This document shows positions 9,860 to 19,331 of a stretch of 24,000 bases of DNA, one piece after another. The notes under the pieces are model-generated. The model did not search any database. It saw only the letters and a program-made list of their open reading frames with translations, and was not told the DNA's origin. Source of the stretch: Kosakonia calanthes (lineage in GTDB: Bacteria; Pseudomonadota; Gammaproteobacteria; Enterobacterales; Enterobacteriaceae); NCBI RefSeq assembly GCF_038449125.1, contig NZ_CP151800.1, forward strand, positions 10,406 through 34,405, written 5' to 3'. The translations under genes were made by a program, and so were the position numbers. Position 1 is the first letter of the stretch. The number at the start of each line of letters is the position of its first letter.

Positions 9860-11575
9860 ATGAATATGCAGCAAATTGTGAGCTTTATTGCATTTACTCT
9901 GCTGGTCGCATTCATTACCTGGTGGAAGTTACGCAAGGCCGATACCGGTTCGCAGCAGGGATATTTTCTGGCAGGACGTTCCCTGAAAGCGCCGGTCATT
10001 GCCGCGTCGTTGATGCTGACCAACCTGTCGACCGAGCAACTGGTCGGGCTGACCGGCCAGGCGTACCGCAGCGGTATGTCGGTGATGGCCTGGGAGGTTA
10101 TCTCGGCGATTCCGCTGATCTTCCTGGCGCTGATCTTCTTACCGCGCTATTTGCAGCGCGGTATTGCCACCATCCCGGATTTCATTGAGGAACGCTACGA
10201 CAAAACCACGCGCATCATCATTGATTGCTGTTTCCTGATTGCGACCGGCATCTGCTTTCTGCCGATCATTCTCTACTCCGGCGCGCTGGCCTTTAACAGC
10301 ATGTTCCATGTGTCTGAAACCTTTGGTATTTCACAAACCAGCGCCATCTGGGCGATGGCGATTGTGCTCGGTGTTTCCGGCATTCTTTACGCGGTGGTCG
10401 GCGGCATGCGTGCGATTGCCATTGCTGATGTGATCAACGGCATTGGTCTGGTGATCGGCGGCCTGATGGTGCCGGTTTTCGGCCTGATGGCGATGGGCGG
10501 CGGCGACTTTTTCCAGGGCGTTGACCGCTTAACCAGCGATCACAGCCAGATGCTGAACTCCATTGGCGGCAGCCACGATCCGGTGCCGATTGGCGCCGCC
10601 TTAACCGGGCTGATTCTGGTTAACACCTTTTACTGGTGCACCAATCAGGGCATTGTTCAGCGTACGCTGGCGTCGCGCAGCCTGGCGGAAGGGCAAAAAG
10701 GGGCGTTATTAACCGCGGTGTTGAAAATGCTCGACCCGCTGATTCTGGTGCTACCTGGCGTGATCGCGTTCCACCTGTTCCAGGACTTGCCGAAAGCCGA
10801 CATGGCCTACCCGGCGCTGGTGAACAAAGTGATGCCGCTGCCGCTGATTGGCTTCTTCAGCGCCGTGCTGTTTGGCGCCATCATCAGTGCGTTTTGCGGT
10901 TTTTTAAACAGCGCCAGTACCTTGTTTAGCCTCGGCATTTACCGTCGGCTGATCAACGAACAAGCCTCTGACGACCAACTGGTGCGCGTTGGGCGTAAGT
11001 TCGGCCTGGTGGTGGCGGTGGTTTCCGTGCTGGTCGCGCCGTGGATCGCCAACGCGCCACAGGGCCTTTACTCATGGATGAAACAGCTCAACGGGATTTA
11101 TAACGTGCCGCTGGTGACCATTGTCATCATGGGCTTCTTCTTCCCGCGCATCCCGGCGATTGCCGCGAAAGCCGCCATGTTTTTCGGCATTTGCAGCTAT
11201 ATCACCATCAACTATTTGGTGAAGTTCGACTTCCACTTTCTCTACATCCTCGCCACCACTTTCTGCCTGAATGTGGTGCTGATGCTGGTGATCGGCTGGT
11301 TCAGACCGCGCGCCACGCCGTTCTCTTTCCACGATGCGTTCGCCGTGGACATGAAACCGTGGAAAAACGCCAAAATCGCCTCCGTTGGCGTGCTGTTCGC
11401 CATGATTGGCGTCTACGCCGGGCTGGCGCAATTTGGCGGTTACCCCAGCCACGCATTCACCATTATTTGCTATCTGATTGTCGCCGCGGTGGTGATTTAC
11501 CTGCTGGTTGACACCCTACGCCAGCGCCGCGCCGCGTCAGAAACCTACGCTGCCTCCCTCAAGGAAAAGCCATGA
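9860..11575 (+). CDS. yidK: Sodium:solute symporter family transporter YidK
   Basis: 571 aa, matching remembered YidK (WWK.RK.DTGSQQGYFLAGRSLKAPVIAASLMLTNLSTEQLVGL.GQAY). Confidence 0.92.
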   Translation: MNMQQIVSFIAFTLLVAFITWWKLRKADTGSQQGYFLAGRSLKAPVIAASLMLTNLSTEQLVGLTGQAYRSGMSVMAWEVISAIPLIFLALIFLPRYLQRGIATIPDFIEERYDKTTRIIIDCCFLIATGICFLPIILYSGALAFNSMFHVSETFGISQTSAIWAMAIVLGVSGILYAVVGGMRAIAIADVINGIGLVIGGLMVPVFGLMAMGGGDFFQGVDRLTSDHSQMLNSIGGSHDPVPIGAALTGLILVNTFYWCTNQGIVQRTLASRSLAEGQKGALLTAVLKMLDPLILVLPGVIAFHLFQDLPKADMAYPALVNKVMPLPLIGFFSAVLFGAIISAFCGFLNSASTLFSLGIYRRLINEQASDDQLVRVGRKFGLVVAVVSVLVAPWIANAPQGLYSWMKQLNGIYNVPLVTIVIMGFFFPRIPAIAAKAAMFFGICSYITINYLVKFDFHFLYILATTFCLNVVLMLVIGWFRPRATPFSFHDAFAVDMKPWKNAKIASVGVLFAMIGVYAGLAQFGGYPSHAFTIICYLIVAAVVIYLLVDTLRQRRAASETYAASLKEKP

Positions 11576-13065
11576 ATCGTCCCAATTTTCTGTTCATTAT
11601 GACCGACACCCAGGCCACCAATATGGTGGGCTGCTACAGCGGTAAGCCGTTAAACACCAACCACATTGATGCGCTGGCGCAGGAAGGCATCCGTTTTAAT
11701 TCGGCCTACACCTGCACCCCTGTTTGCACCCCGGCGCGCGCCGGGTTGTTTACCGGCATCTACAGTAACCAGTCCGGGCCGTGGACCAATAATGTCGCGC
11801 CGGGCAAAAACATCTCCACCATGGGGCGCTATTTTCAGGACGCGGGTTACCACACTTGCTACATCGGCAAGTGGCATCTTGACGGCCATGACTACTTCGG
11901 CACCGGCGTGTGTCCGCCAGAGTGGGATGAAGAGTATTGGTACGATGGCGCGAACTATCTGGCCGAGCTGACCGATGAGCAAATTAGCCTGTGGCGTAAC
12001 GGGCTGAACAGCGTGGAAGATTTGCAGGCGCACAATATTGATGAAACCTTTACCTGGGCGTATCGCATCAGTAATCGCGCCATCGATTTTCTCGCCAAAC
12101 CGGTGGTCGAGGATGAACCGTTTTTGATGGTGGTTTCGTATGATGAGCCGCATCATCCGTTCACCTGCCCGGTGGGGTATCTGGAAAAGTACGCCGACTT
12201 TTACTATGACTTGCAGGGTAAAGCGCAGGATGATTTAGCGGATAAACCGGAGCACCATCGCCTGTGGGCGCAGGCGATGCCGTCGCCGGTCGGGGAAGAT
12301 GGCCTTTACCACCATCCCATGTATTTCGCCTGTAATGATTTTGTGGATGATCAAATTGGCCGGGTGATCAACGCGCTCACCCCGGAACAGCGGGAAAATA
12401 CCTGGGTGATTTACACCTCGGATCACGGCGAAATGATGGGCGCGCACCAGCTGATCAGCAAAGGCGCGGCGATGTACGACGATATCACGCGTATTCCGCT
12501 GATTATCCGCCCGCCGCAAGGTTCGCCTGCCCAGGTGAACACGCCGGTCAGCCATATTGATGTGTTGCCGACCCTGATGGCGCTGGCGGGCATTGAAAAA
12601 CCGCCGATTTTACCCGGCGAAAACATGCTCACCGCGCGGGGCGAACGGGGCGTAATGGTGGAGTTCAACCGCTATGAAATTGAACATGATAGTTTCGGCG
12701 GGTTTATTCCGGTACGGTGCTGGGTCACTAACGGTTTTAAATTGGTGCTGAACCTGTTTACCAGCGATGAGCTGTACGACCGGCATAATGACCCGGACGA
12801 ACTGCGCAATTTGATTAACGATCCGCGTTTTGCCGACACCCGCAACAAACTGCACGATGCATTGCTCGATTATATGGATAAGGTGCGCGACCCGTTCCGT
12901 ACTTATCAGTGGAGCTTGCGCCCGTGGCGACCGGATGCCGGTCCGCGCTGGATGGGCGCTTTCCGCCCGCGACCAAAAGATGGCTACTCGCCCGTGGTGC
13001 GCGATTACGACACCGGGCTGCCAACGCAGGGGGTGAAAGTGGAAGAGAAAACGCAGAAGTTCTGA
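11572..13065 (+). CDS. yidJ: Cys-type sulfatase YidJ
   Basis: 497 aa with an ATGA start/stop overlap with yidK. The sulfatase signature is CTPVCTPARAGLFTG (C-x-P-x-R formylglycine motif). Confidence 0.92.
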   Translation: MNRPNFLFIMTDTQATNMVGCYSGKPLNTNHIDALAQEGIRFNSAYTCTPVCTPARAGLFTGIYSNQSGPWTNNVAPGKNISTMGRYFQDAGYHTCYIGKWHLDGHDYFGTGVCPPEWDEEYWYDGANYLAELTDEQISLWRNGLNSVEDLQAHNIDETFTWAYRISNRAIDFLAKPVVEDEPFLMVVSYDEPHHPFTCPVGYLEKYADFYYDLQGKAQDDLADKPEHHRLWAQAMPSPVGEDGLYHHPMYFACNDFVDDQIGRVINALTPEQRENTWVIYTSDHGEMMGAHQLISKGAAMYDDITRIPLIIRPPQGSPAQVNTPVSHIDVLPTLMALAGIEKPPILPGENMLTARGERGVMVEFNRYEIEHDSFGGFIPVRCWVTNGFKLVLNLFTSDELYDRHNDPDELRNLINDPRFADTRNKLHDALLDYMDKVRDPFRTYQWSLRPWRPDAGPRWMGAFRPRPKDGYSPVVRDYDTGLPTQGVKVEEKTQKF

Positions 13066-13124
13066 GAAGCCTGATAGCGCCCCTCACGGCAACGGTGAGG
13101 GGCCATCTATAACAAGGAGAACGC

Positions 13125-13472
13125 ATGAAAATTTCCCGCGTCGGCGAAGCCCCGGACTACCGCTTTTCGCTGGCCAACGAGCGAACTTTTCTCGCCTGGA
13201 TCCGCACCGCGCTGGGTTTTCTGGCGGCGGGTGTTGGTCTGGATCAGCTGGCGCCGCAGTTTGCCACGCCGCTGATTCGCGAAGTGCTGGCGCTGCTGCT
13301 GTGTCTTTTTGCCGGTGCGCTGGCGCTGTATGGTTATTTGCGCTGGTTGCGCAATGAAAAAGCGATGCGCCTGAAAGAAGATTTGCCCTACACCCGCACG
13401 CTGTTGGTGATCAGCGTTTCGCTGCTGGTCGTCGCGCTGGTGGTGATGGCGCTGGTGTTCTATGCCGAATAA
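13125..13472 (+). CDS. yidH: DUF202 inner-membrane protein YidH
   Basis: 115 aa: MKISR.GEAPDYRFSLANERTFLAWIRTALGFLAAGVGLDQLAP, matching remembered YidH. Confidence 0.9.
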   Translation: MKISRVGEAPDYRFSLANERTFLAWIRTALGFLAAGVGLDQLAPQFATPLIREVLALLLCLFAGALALYGYLRWLRNEKAMRLKEDLPYTRTLLVISVSLLVVALVVMALVFYAE

Positions 13473-13812
13473 CCGCAAAGCGCGCCGCGAAAGCGATCCC
13501 GGCCTGCAACCCGAACGCACGTCGCTGGCGTGGTTACGAACGCTGTTCGGTTATGGCGCGCTCATGGCGTTGGCGGTGAAACACAACTGGCAGCAATCGG
13601 GCATGCCGTTTTGGATTTCAATGGTGGTGCTGGCGTTAGCGGCGGGCATCCTCTGGCGTTACACCCGTAAGCGCCTCTTAATGGATGTCGACAACAACGA
13701 TTTTGTTCTGCCCGGCGCAATACGTGACAAATTATTGATCTCCCTCGCGGTGCTTTCCCTCGCGTTACTGTTTGCTGTGAGCCATATCCGCCAATTACTG
13801 CTATTGCTCTAA
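13462..13812 (+). CDS. yidG: DUF202 inner-membrane protein YidG
   Basis: 116 aa with an 11-nt overlap with yidH. DPGLQPERTSLAW.RT..GYGALMALA.KHNW matches remembered YidG. Confidence 0.88.
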   Translation: MPNNRKARRESDPGLQPERTSLAWLRTLFGYGALMALAVKHNWQQSGMPFWISMVVLALAAGILWRYTRKRLLMDVDNNDFVLPGAIRDKLLISLAVLSLALLFAVSHIRQLLLLL

Positions 13813-13822
13813 GGAAAAGTGC

Positions 13823-14944
13823 ATGTCAGGCTGTCATGTTATGGCTAAACCGGCCAGTTCGCGTTGTAACCTGAACTGCCGCTACTGTTTTTATATTGAA
13901 AAACAACAGCAAAAAGTGATGGATGACGCCACGCTGGAGGCGTTTATCCGCCAGCAGATCGACGCCCAACCGGGCAACGTTGTCCCCTTCGCCTGGCAAG
14001 GCGGCGAGCCAACCCTTTGCGGGCTGGATTTTTTCCGCCGCGTTAGCGCGCTGCAAAAGCAGTACGCCAACGGCAAACGCATCGAAAACGCCTTTCAAAC
14101 CAATGGCATCTTGCTTAACGATGAGTGGTGTCAGTTCTTTCGGGAAAACGGCTGGCTGGTGGGGATTTCCATCGATGGCCCGGCAGAACTGCACGATGCC
14201 TATCGCGTGAACCGCAGCGGTAAACCCTCGCACCACAAAGTGGTGAACGCCATTGCTACGCTGGGAAAACACCGGGTGGATTTCAACCTGCTCTGCGTGG
14301 TCAACAACCTCAACAGCCAGCAGCCGCAGCGTTTGTACCGCTATCTGCGCACGCTCGGTACGCCGTTTTTGCAATTTATCCCTTTGGTGGAACAGGACGC
14401 GCAAGGGGGTTTAACCGCTGAGTCGGTACGCGGCGAAGCGTGGGGTAACTTCCTGAATGCGGTGTTTGATCTCTGGGCGCGGGAAGATATTGGCCGGGTG
14501 TATGTGCAACTTTTTGATTCGACGCTGGGCGTCTGGAGCGGCTACCCGTCACAAATGTGTACGTTTGGCGAAACTTGCGGCCACGCATTCGCGCTGGAGG
14601 CCAACGGCGATGTTTACCAGTGCGATCACTACGTTTACCCGGATTATCGCCTCGGCAACCTGCATCAAATCCCGATCAAAGAGATCAACGCCAGCCGCGA
14701 AGCGATCGCCTTCGGGCAGAGCAAAAAAGCGACGCTCAGCAATGATTGCCAACGCTGCGACGTGCTGCGTTTTTGCCAGGGCGACTGCCCGAAACACCGC
14801 TTTGCGCAGGGGAAAAGTGCGTTATGCCAGGGTTATCGCCACTTTTTCACCCACAGTGCACCGCACATGCGTGTGATGCGCGACTTACTGCGTCAGCGGC
14901 GCTCGCCAATGGAGCTGATGATGGCGCTGCGCCAGCAAGCGTAA
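13823..14944 (+). CDS. yidF: Anaerobic sulfatase-maturating enzyme (radical SAM/SPASM), full length
   Basis: 373 aa. The radical-SAM motif is HVMAKPASSRCNLNCRYCFY (CxxxCxxC). C-terminal Cys clusters are CQRCDVLRFCQGDCPKHR. AAGGA lies 7 nt before the ATG. Confidence 0.88.
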   Translation: MSGCHVMAKPASSRCNLNCRYCFYIEKQQQKVMDDATLEAFIRQQIDAQPGNVVPFAWQGGEPTLCGLDFFRRVSALQKQYANGKRIENAFQTNGILLNDEWCQFFRENGWLVGISIDGPAELHDAYRVNRSGKPSHHKVVNAIATLGKHRVDFNLLCVVNNLNSQQPQRLYRYLRTLGTPFLQFIPLVEQDAQGGLTAESVRGEAWGNFLNAVFDLWAREDIGRVYVQLFDSTLGVWSGYPSQMCTFGETCGHAFALEANGDVYQCDHYVYPDYRLGNLHQIPIKEINASREAIAFGQSKKATLSNDCQRCDVLRFCQGDCPKHRFAQGKSALCQGYRHFFTHSAPHMRVMRDLLRQRRSPMELMMALRQQA

Positions 14945-14945
14945 G

Positions 14946-15865
14946 TTAGCGCGCTTTTTCCAGGTATTGCGCCATCTCCGCTTCCGGCACCATGCCGCCG
15001 CCGGTGGCCCACACTACATGGGTGGCCTGCGCCAGTTGCGCCTGGCTGAACCCGTGCAATTGATGGTAGTGGCTGTCGGCACAAACGATTTCAGGTCCGG
15101 CCATGCCTGCCAGCGCTGACGGCTCCAGCAAGATATCCTCCTCCTGCGCCAGCGCGCCGAGCAGGTTATAAAGCGTCTGATCATCAACGGTGTAGAAACC
15201 GTCCAGCAGGCGCTCCATCGCACGGCCCACAAAGCCGGAAGCGCGCCCGACTGCCAGCCCATCCGCCGCCGTCAGGTTATCAATGCCCAAATCCTGCACC
15301 GCAATGGCATCATGCAAACCGGTATGTACGCCAAGCAGCATGCATGGCGAATGGGTCGGTTCGGCGAAAAGACAGTGCACGTCATCACCAAACGCCAGCT
15401 TCAGGCCGAATGCCACCCCGCCGGCGACAGCAGCTTGCGGTAATCATCCTCTGGCGTCAGCAACCCGGCGGCGAAGGCCAGCTTTTCCGCATGGGTCAGC
15501 ACGTCGAAAATACCGCCACGCGCTTTAATTGAACCGGAAATCGGCAAATGGCTGTCTTTTTTCAGCCACAGTTCGCCGGTGATGCCCTGGCCCAGACGGC
15601 GCTGCATGTTGGGAATGGCAACCACCTCGGATTCAATCACGCCGTGGCTGGCGGCGGTTTGCGGGAAAGCCTGCGCAAGAAACGGTGCGAAGCGGGCAAG
15701 GCGCGCGTGAGCTTCGTTCACATCTTGCAGCGTCAGGCCAACATGCGGCAAACCTTCTGCAACGGACGTCGTGTTCGGGTTAAACCAGTGCGTTTCTTGC
15801 AGGTCGATCAGGTGTTGCACAAGTGGGAATTGCTGGATGAGTGTCTGGATGTCGGCGTTTTTCAT
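14946..15865 (-). pseudogene. dsdA: D-serine ammonia-lyase remnant with internal out-of-frame deletion
   Basis: Two ORFs, 15401..15865 and 14946..15416, lie in different frames. The first matches the DsdA N-terminus through ...DDYRKLLSP. The second resumes at [13 protein letters not shown]...[11 protein letters not shown]. The middle of the enzyme, roughly 135 aa by comparison with remembered 442-aa E. coli DsdA, is missing. The junction is at about 15413-15424. Confidence 0.85.
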
Positions 15866-16025
15866 CGGTTCTTCACCATCGAATGCGGGGAGTTTAAGAA
15901 AACAGGAATGCGTTGCAGGTGCAAGTATGGACGCGCATTGAAAATTTATTACGCTTTGGCGCTACGCGTCCTGGCGTAAAGCGTGCTAAATACAGGTATT
16001 CGCCCCCGATTTCACAAGGTTAACT

Positions 16026-17114
16026 GTGCGAAAGCCATTGATTGCAGTTGTTATGTTGCTGGCGGGAACCGCTGTGTTTGCCGCCGAAACTCCGCTGACG
16101 GCGGCGCGTTACGCGCAACAGTTGGGGGTGGGAATGGATGTCGACTGGGCGCGTACCGATCGCGGTATTCGCGAGTTTGACCCGCTTATCGTGCGTGATT
16201 TTTACAACGCCGGGATTCGCCATGTGCGCATTCGCGTGGCCGATAACATGACCGAAGCGCGCTTGATCCACCTGCGAAAACTGGTGGAAGCCTGCGAAGA
16301 GTACGGCGTTATTCCGGTGATTGCTTACCAGGCGGATACTTTTAAAGCCGATCCCGATGCGAAAAACGAAGCGCAATTGGTGGCGTGGTGGTCGACGGTC
16401 GGACACTTTTTTGGCAGCGATCACCCGACGCTCGGTTTTGATGTGATTTATGAACCGGCCGACAAACTCAACCGCGATCTCCCGGCGCTCAATCGCGCCT
16501 ACGAAAATGTCGTCAGAACTCTGCATGATATTGATGCGCAGCGCATGATTTTTATCGCCCCGCGCCTGCGCGCCGCGCCGGAAGATCTCTCTTCGTTAAA
16601 ATTGCCGCCGCACAGCCAAAATTACCTGCTGGCGGAATGGCATATCTTCCCGTGGGGGCCGCTGAAAGCGAACGGTAAATACCCGTGGACATCCGGCACG
16701 GCGGCGGAAAGAGCGGCGATCCGCGCGCGCATTGCTACGGCGTTGCGCTGGCAGCAAAAATCCGGGCATGCCACCTGGGTTGGCGGCTGGGCGGTGGGCG
16801 AGTCGTTCAAAAGCGCGCCGACCGCGTCGCAAATGGCGTTCGCCCGCTTTATGGCCTGCGAGTTAAATAAGGCGAAAATCCCTTACGCCATTAATGCCGA
16901 TAGCCAATTTTATGATGGCGAAGAGGGCGCCTGGCGGCCTGCGCCGGAGCCTTTACTGCAAGAGATGATTGCGCCGACGTGCGAAAAACCCGACGCGAAG
17001 CCGGGTCATCATGAGCTTAAAGCGCCGGTTCGTGGCGAGCAAAGCGCGACGCCAACGGCAGCCAGCACAACACAATCAACAGCCCGGCCAGCGTCATCAG
17101 CATCCCAAGGCTAA
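16026..17114 (+). CDS. Secreted glycoside hydrolase family 5-like (cellulase superfamily) protein
   Basis: 362 aa with a GTG start, AAGG 6 nt upstream, and signal peptide MRKPLIAVVMLLAGTAVFA. There is a GH5-like acid/base motif (FDVIYEP) and a nucleophile region (WVGGWAVGES). The last 98 nt overlap emrD antisense. Confidence 0.7.
   Translation: MRKPLIAVVMLLAGTAVFAAETPLTAARYAQQLGVGMDVDWARTDRGIREFDPLIVRDFYNAGIRHVRIRVADNMTEARLIHLRKLVEACEEYGVIPVIAYQADTFKADPDAKNEAQLVAWWSTVGHFFGSDHPTLGFDVIYEPADKLNRDLPALNRAYENVVRTLHDIDAQRMIFIAPRLRAAPEDLSSLKLPPHSQNYLLAEWHIFPWGPLKANGKYPWTSGTAAERAAIRARIATALRWQQKSGHATWVGGWAVGESFKSAPTASQMAFARFMACELNKAKIPYAINADSQFYDGEEGAWRPAPEPLLQEMIAPTCEKPDAKPGHHELKAPVRGEQSATPTAASTTQSTARPASSASQG
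16984..17006 (-). terminator. Possible emrD terminator (weak)
   Basis: On the minus strand the sequence is ACCCG-loop-CGGGT followed by TTTTT, 10 nt after the emrD stop. The stem is only 5-6 bp. Confidence 0.35.
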
Positions 17115-18201
17115 ACTGGCTGTTCTGCGGCAACTGTGCCGACAGCCATGCCAGCCCGCCGGAACCCATATTTTGCAAGCCACCAATCAGCGCGCCTGCC
17201 GTTCCGGCTAAAAACGGAAACGGCTCCATCGCGCCGCTGGTCGCCAGCGGGAACAGCATCCCGGCACCGAAGAAAAACAGCGCAGCGGGCACTGTCAGCG
17301 TCCAGATATTCATTACGCCCATCATGCCGGGGATCCACATCAACACACCGGCCGCCAGGCAGCTGATCACCGCTTGCCACATCAGCGATGTGAAGCGCTT
17401 ATTCTGCCGTCCGGCAAACCACGCGCCGAAAAACGCGGCGGGGATGGGCAGGATAAACAGCACGCTTACTGTCAGGCTGTTCAGGCCGAGCACACCGCCC
17501 AGCAACACGCCGGAACAGGCTTCAAACACCGCAATTCCGGCCAGCCCGCCAATCAGCATCAGCAGATAACAGCTAAACGCGCCGTTGCCGAGCAGGGCTT
17601 TATAACTGGTGATCAGCCGCGTGCGCGGCGCGCCCTGTGGCCGCGTTTCCGGCATCCAGCGCGCCATGCTGTAAGCGACAATGGCGCACAACACCAGCAA
17701 AAACATAAAACAGGCACGCCAGTTCATCAGCGTATTCAGTACGCCGCCAATCAGCGGCGCCAGCAGCGGACTCACAAGAATACCCATGTTCAGCAGGCTG
17801 TTGGCGTGGCGCAGTGCGCTGCCTTCATAGAGATCGCGCGGCAGGGTGCGCGCCATCACGCCGCCAACGCCCGTGCCGACACCCTGAAGTGCGCTGGCAA
17901 AGATCAACACCGCCAGGCTGTGGGTGGTGATGGCAATAATGGTCGCCAGCATAAAAATCGCCATCCCGGCGAGGATCACCGGGCGGCGTCCTACGTGGTC
18001 TGCCAGCGGGCCATAAAAGAGCTGGGAGACGCCATATGTCAGTAAGTAAGCGGCCATTACGCCCTGCACTGCGCCTTTTGATACCGCCAGGTCGCGCGCC
18101 ATATCCGCAATGGCCGGGATATAGATGGTTTGCGCCATCTGCCCGACCGCGACCAGAAGCACCAGCATCAATAACAAATTGACGTTTCTCTGCTTTTTCA
18201 T
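17017..18201 (-). CDS. emrD: Multidrug efflux MFS transporter EmrD
   Basis: 394 aa: MK.QRNVNLLLMLVLLVAVGQMAQTIYIPAIADMARDL ... close to remembered EmrD over its full length. Confidence 0.95.
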   Translation of the reverse strand: MKKQRNVNLLLMLVLLVAVGQMAQTIYIPAIADMARDLAVSKGAVQGVMAAYLLTYGVSQLFYGPLADHVGRRPVILAGMAIFMLATIIAITTHSLAVLIFASALQGVGTGVGGVMARTLPRDLYEGSALRHANSLLNMGILVSPLLAPLIGGVLNTLMNWRACFMFLLVLCAIVAYSMARWMPETRPQGAPRTRLITSYKALLGNGAFSCYLLMLIGGLAGIAVFEACSGVLLGGVLGLNSLTVSVLFILPIPAAFFGAWFAGRQNKRFTSLMWQAVISCLAAGVLMWIPGMMGVMNIWTLTVPAALFFFGAGMLFPLATSGAMEPFPFLAGTAGALIGGLQNMGSGGLAWLSAQLPQNSQFSLGMLMTLAGLLIVLCWLPLASRFARHEPAL

Positions 18202-18378
18202 AGCGATGATTACTTTATAAAAAGTTGGTATTAAAGAATATATGGCTGCGATACAGTCTTAATGAAGGAGGAATCTACCACAGAGAGAGGGCAGAACCAC
18301 TACACCGGACGGCAATGGTCAGGTGGTGACAGGCAGGATTTGTAAACAATTATCGGCAACTTTTGTTGCCAGAATGCA

Positions 18379-19212
18379 TCACGCAAGCCGCAATAACATC
18401 GCCCCGGCGGCGATACCGCAAGCGGCCACAATGCGCAGGCCAGCGACTTTCTCTTTCAACAGCAGAAAAGCCAGCAGTGCGCCGAACAGAATCGAGGTTT
18501 CGCGCAGCGCCGCGACAACCGCCAGCGGCGCTTGCGTCATCGCCCACAGCGCCAGGCCGTAGGATCCCATGGTGCCAACGCCGCCCGGCAGCCCCTTTTT
18601 CCAGTTCGCCACCAGATAGCGCGTCACAACTTGTCGGCGTGTCAGCATCGCCCACAGCAAAAGGCAAAAGCCGTTAAGGAAAAACGTCCAAAGGGTGTAA
18701 CCCAACGCGGAACCGGCGAGGCGCACGCCAGTACCGTCGACCAGCGTATACCCGGCGATAAAACAGGAGTTCAGTAGCGCCAGCCAAATCCCTTTGCGCG
18801 ACTGGCTGCGCCCGTTAAAGGCCATACCGAGAATCGATACGCAGATCACGGCAATACCGCCCCACGCCAACGTGCTGAGGGAATCGCCCAGAATCAGCAC
18901 GCTGATTAATGCCACCAGCAGCGGCGCGGTGCCGCGCATTAGCGGGTAGGTTTGGCTCATGTCCGAGACTTGATACGTTTTGGCGACCAGCACGGTATAA
19001 ACCACCTGCAAAGCGCAACTGGCGGCCAGGTAAGGTGCGCTGGCAAGCGTGGGTTGGGGAGAAAAAGGCAATAAGATAAGCGCGATTAGCGCGGCGGAGC
19101 CACTTACGGCAATGGCGGAATAGAGCTTGTCGCTGCCCGCTTTGACAATCGCGTTCCAGCTGGCATGTAACAGCGCGGCGAACAGCAAAATACAAAAAAC
19201 AGAGAGGGTCAT
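18379..19212 (-). CDS. EamA/DMT-superfamily transporter
   Basis: The ORF is 18379..19251. The likely start is ATG 19212 (MTLSVFCILLFAALLHASWNAIVK). It shows a 10-TM, two-EamA-repeat pattern. The alternative start is 19251. Confidence 0.8.
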   Translation of the reverse strand: MTLSVFCILLFAALLHASWNAIVKAGSDKLYSAIAVSGSAALIALILLPFSPQPTLASAPYLAASCALQVVYTVLVAKTYQVSDMSQTYPLMRGTAPLLVALISVLILGDSLSTLAWGGIAVICVSILGMAFNGRSQSRKGIWLALLNSCFIAGYTLVDGTGVRLAGSALGYTLWTFFLNGFCLLLWAMLTRRQVVTRYLVANWKKGLPGGVGTMGSYGLALWAMTQAPLAVVAALRETSILFGALLAFLLLKEKVAGLRIVAACGIAAGAMLLRLA

Positions 19213-19284
19213 AGCGGCATGGGTGAGTGAATTGTCATCAAAATGTAACATCCTGGATGCCGGAAAAGCCAGAACGCCATTGTT

Positions 19285-19312
19285 AAAGAGGGGCGGTTTC
19301 CCGCCCCTCTTT
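19285..19312 (-). terminator. GC-rich symmetric hairpin terminating tisB
   Basis: AAAGAGGGGCGG (19285-19296), loop TTTC, then CCGCCCCTCTTT (19301-19312). It lies 20 nt downstream of the tisB stop on the minus strand. Confidence 0.75.
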
Positions 19313-19331
19313 GGTGCGACTTGAACCTGAA

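Noticed and set aside
9724-10023. A 100-codon N-terminal extension of the yidL ORF that would overlap the yidK start.
   Set aside because: The internal ATG at 9723 has a GGAGA SD and gives an AraC-family protein of the expected length of about 298 aa. The extension crosses the divergent promoter region and the yidK start.
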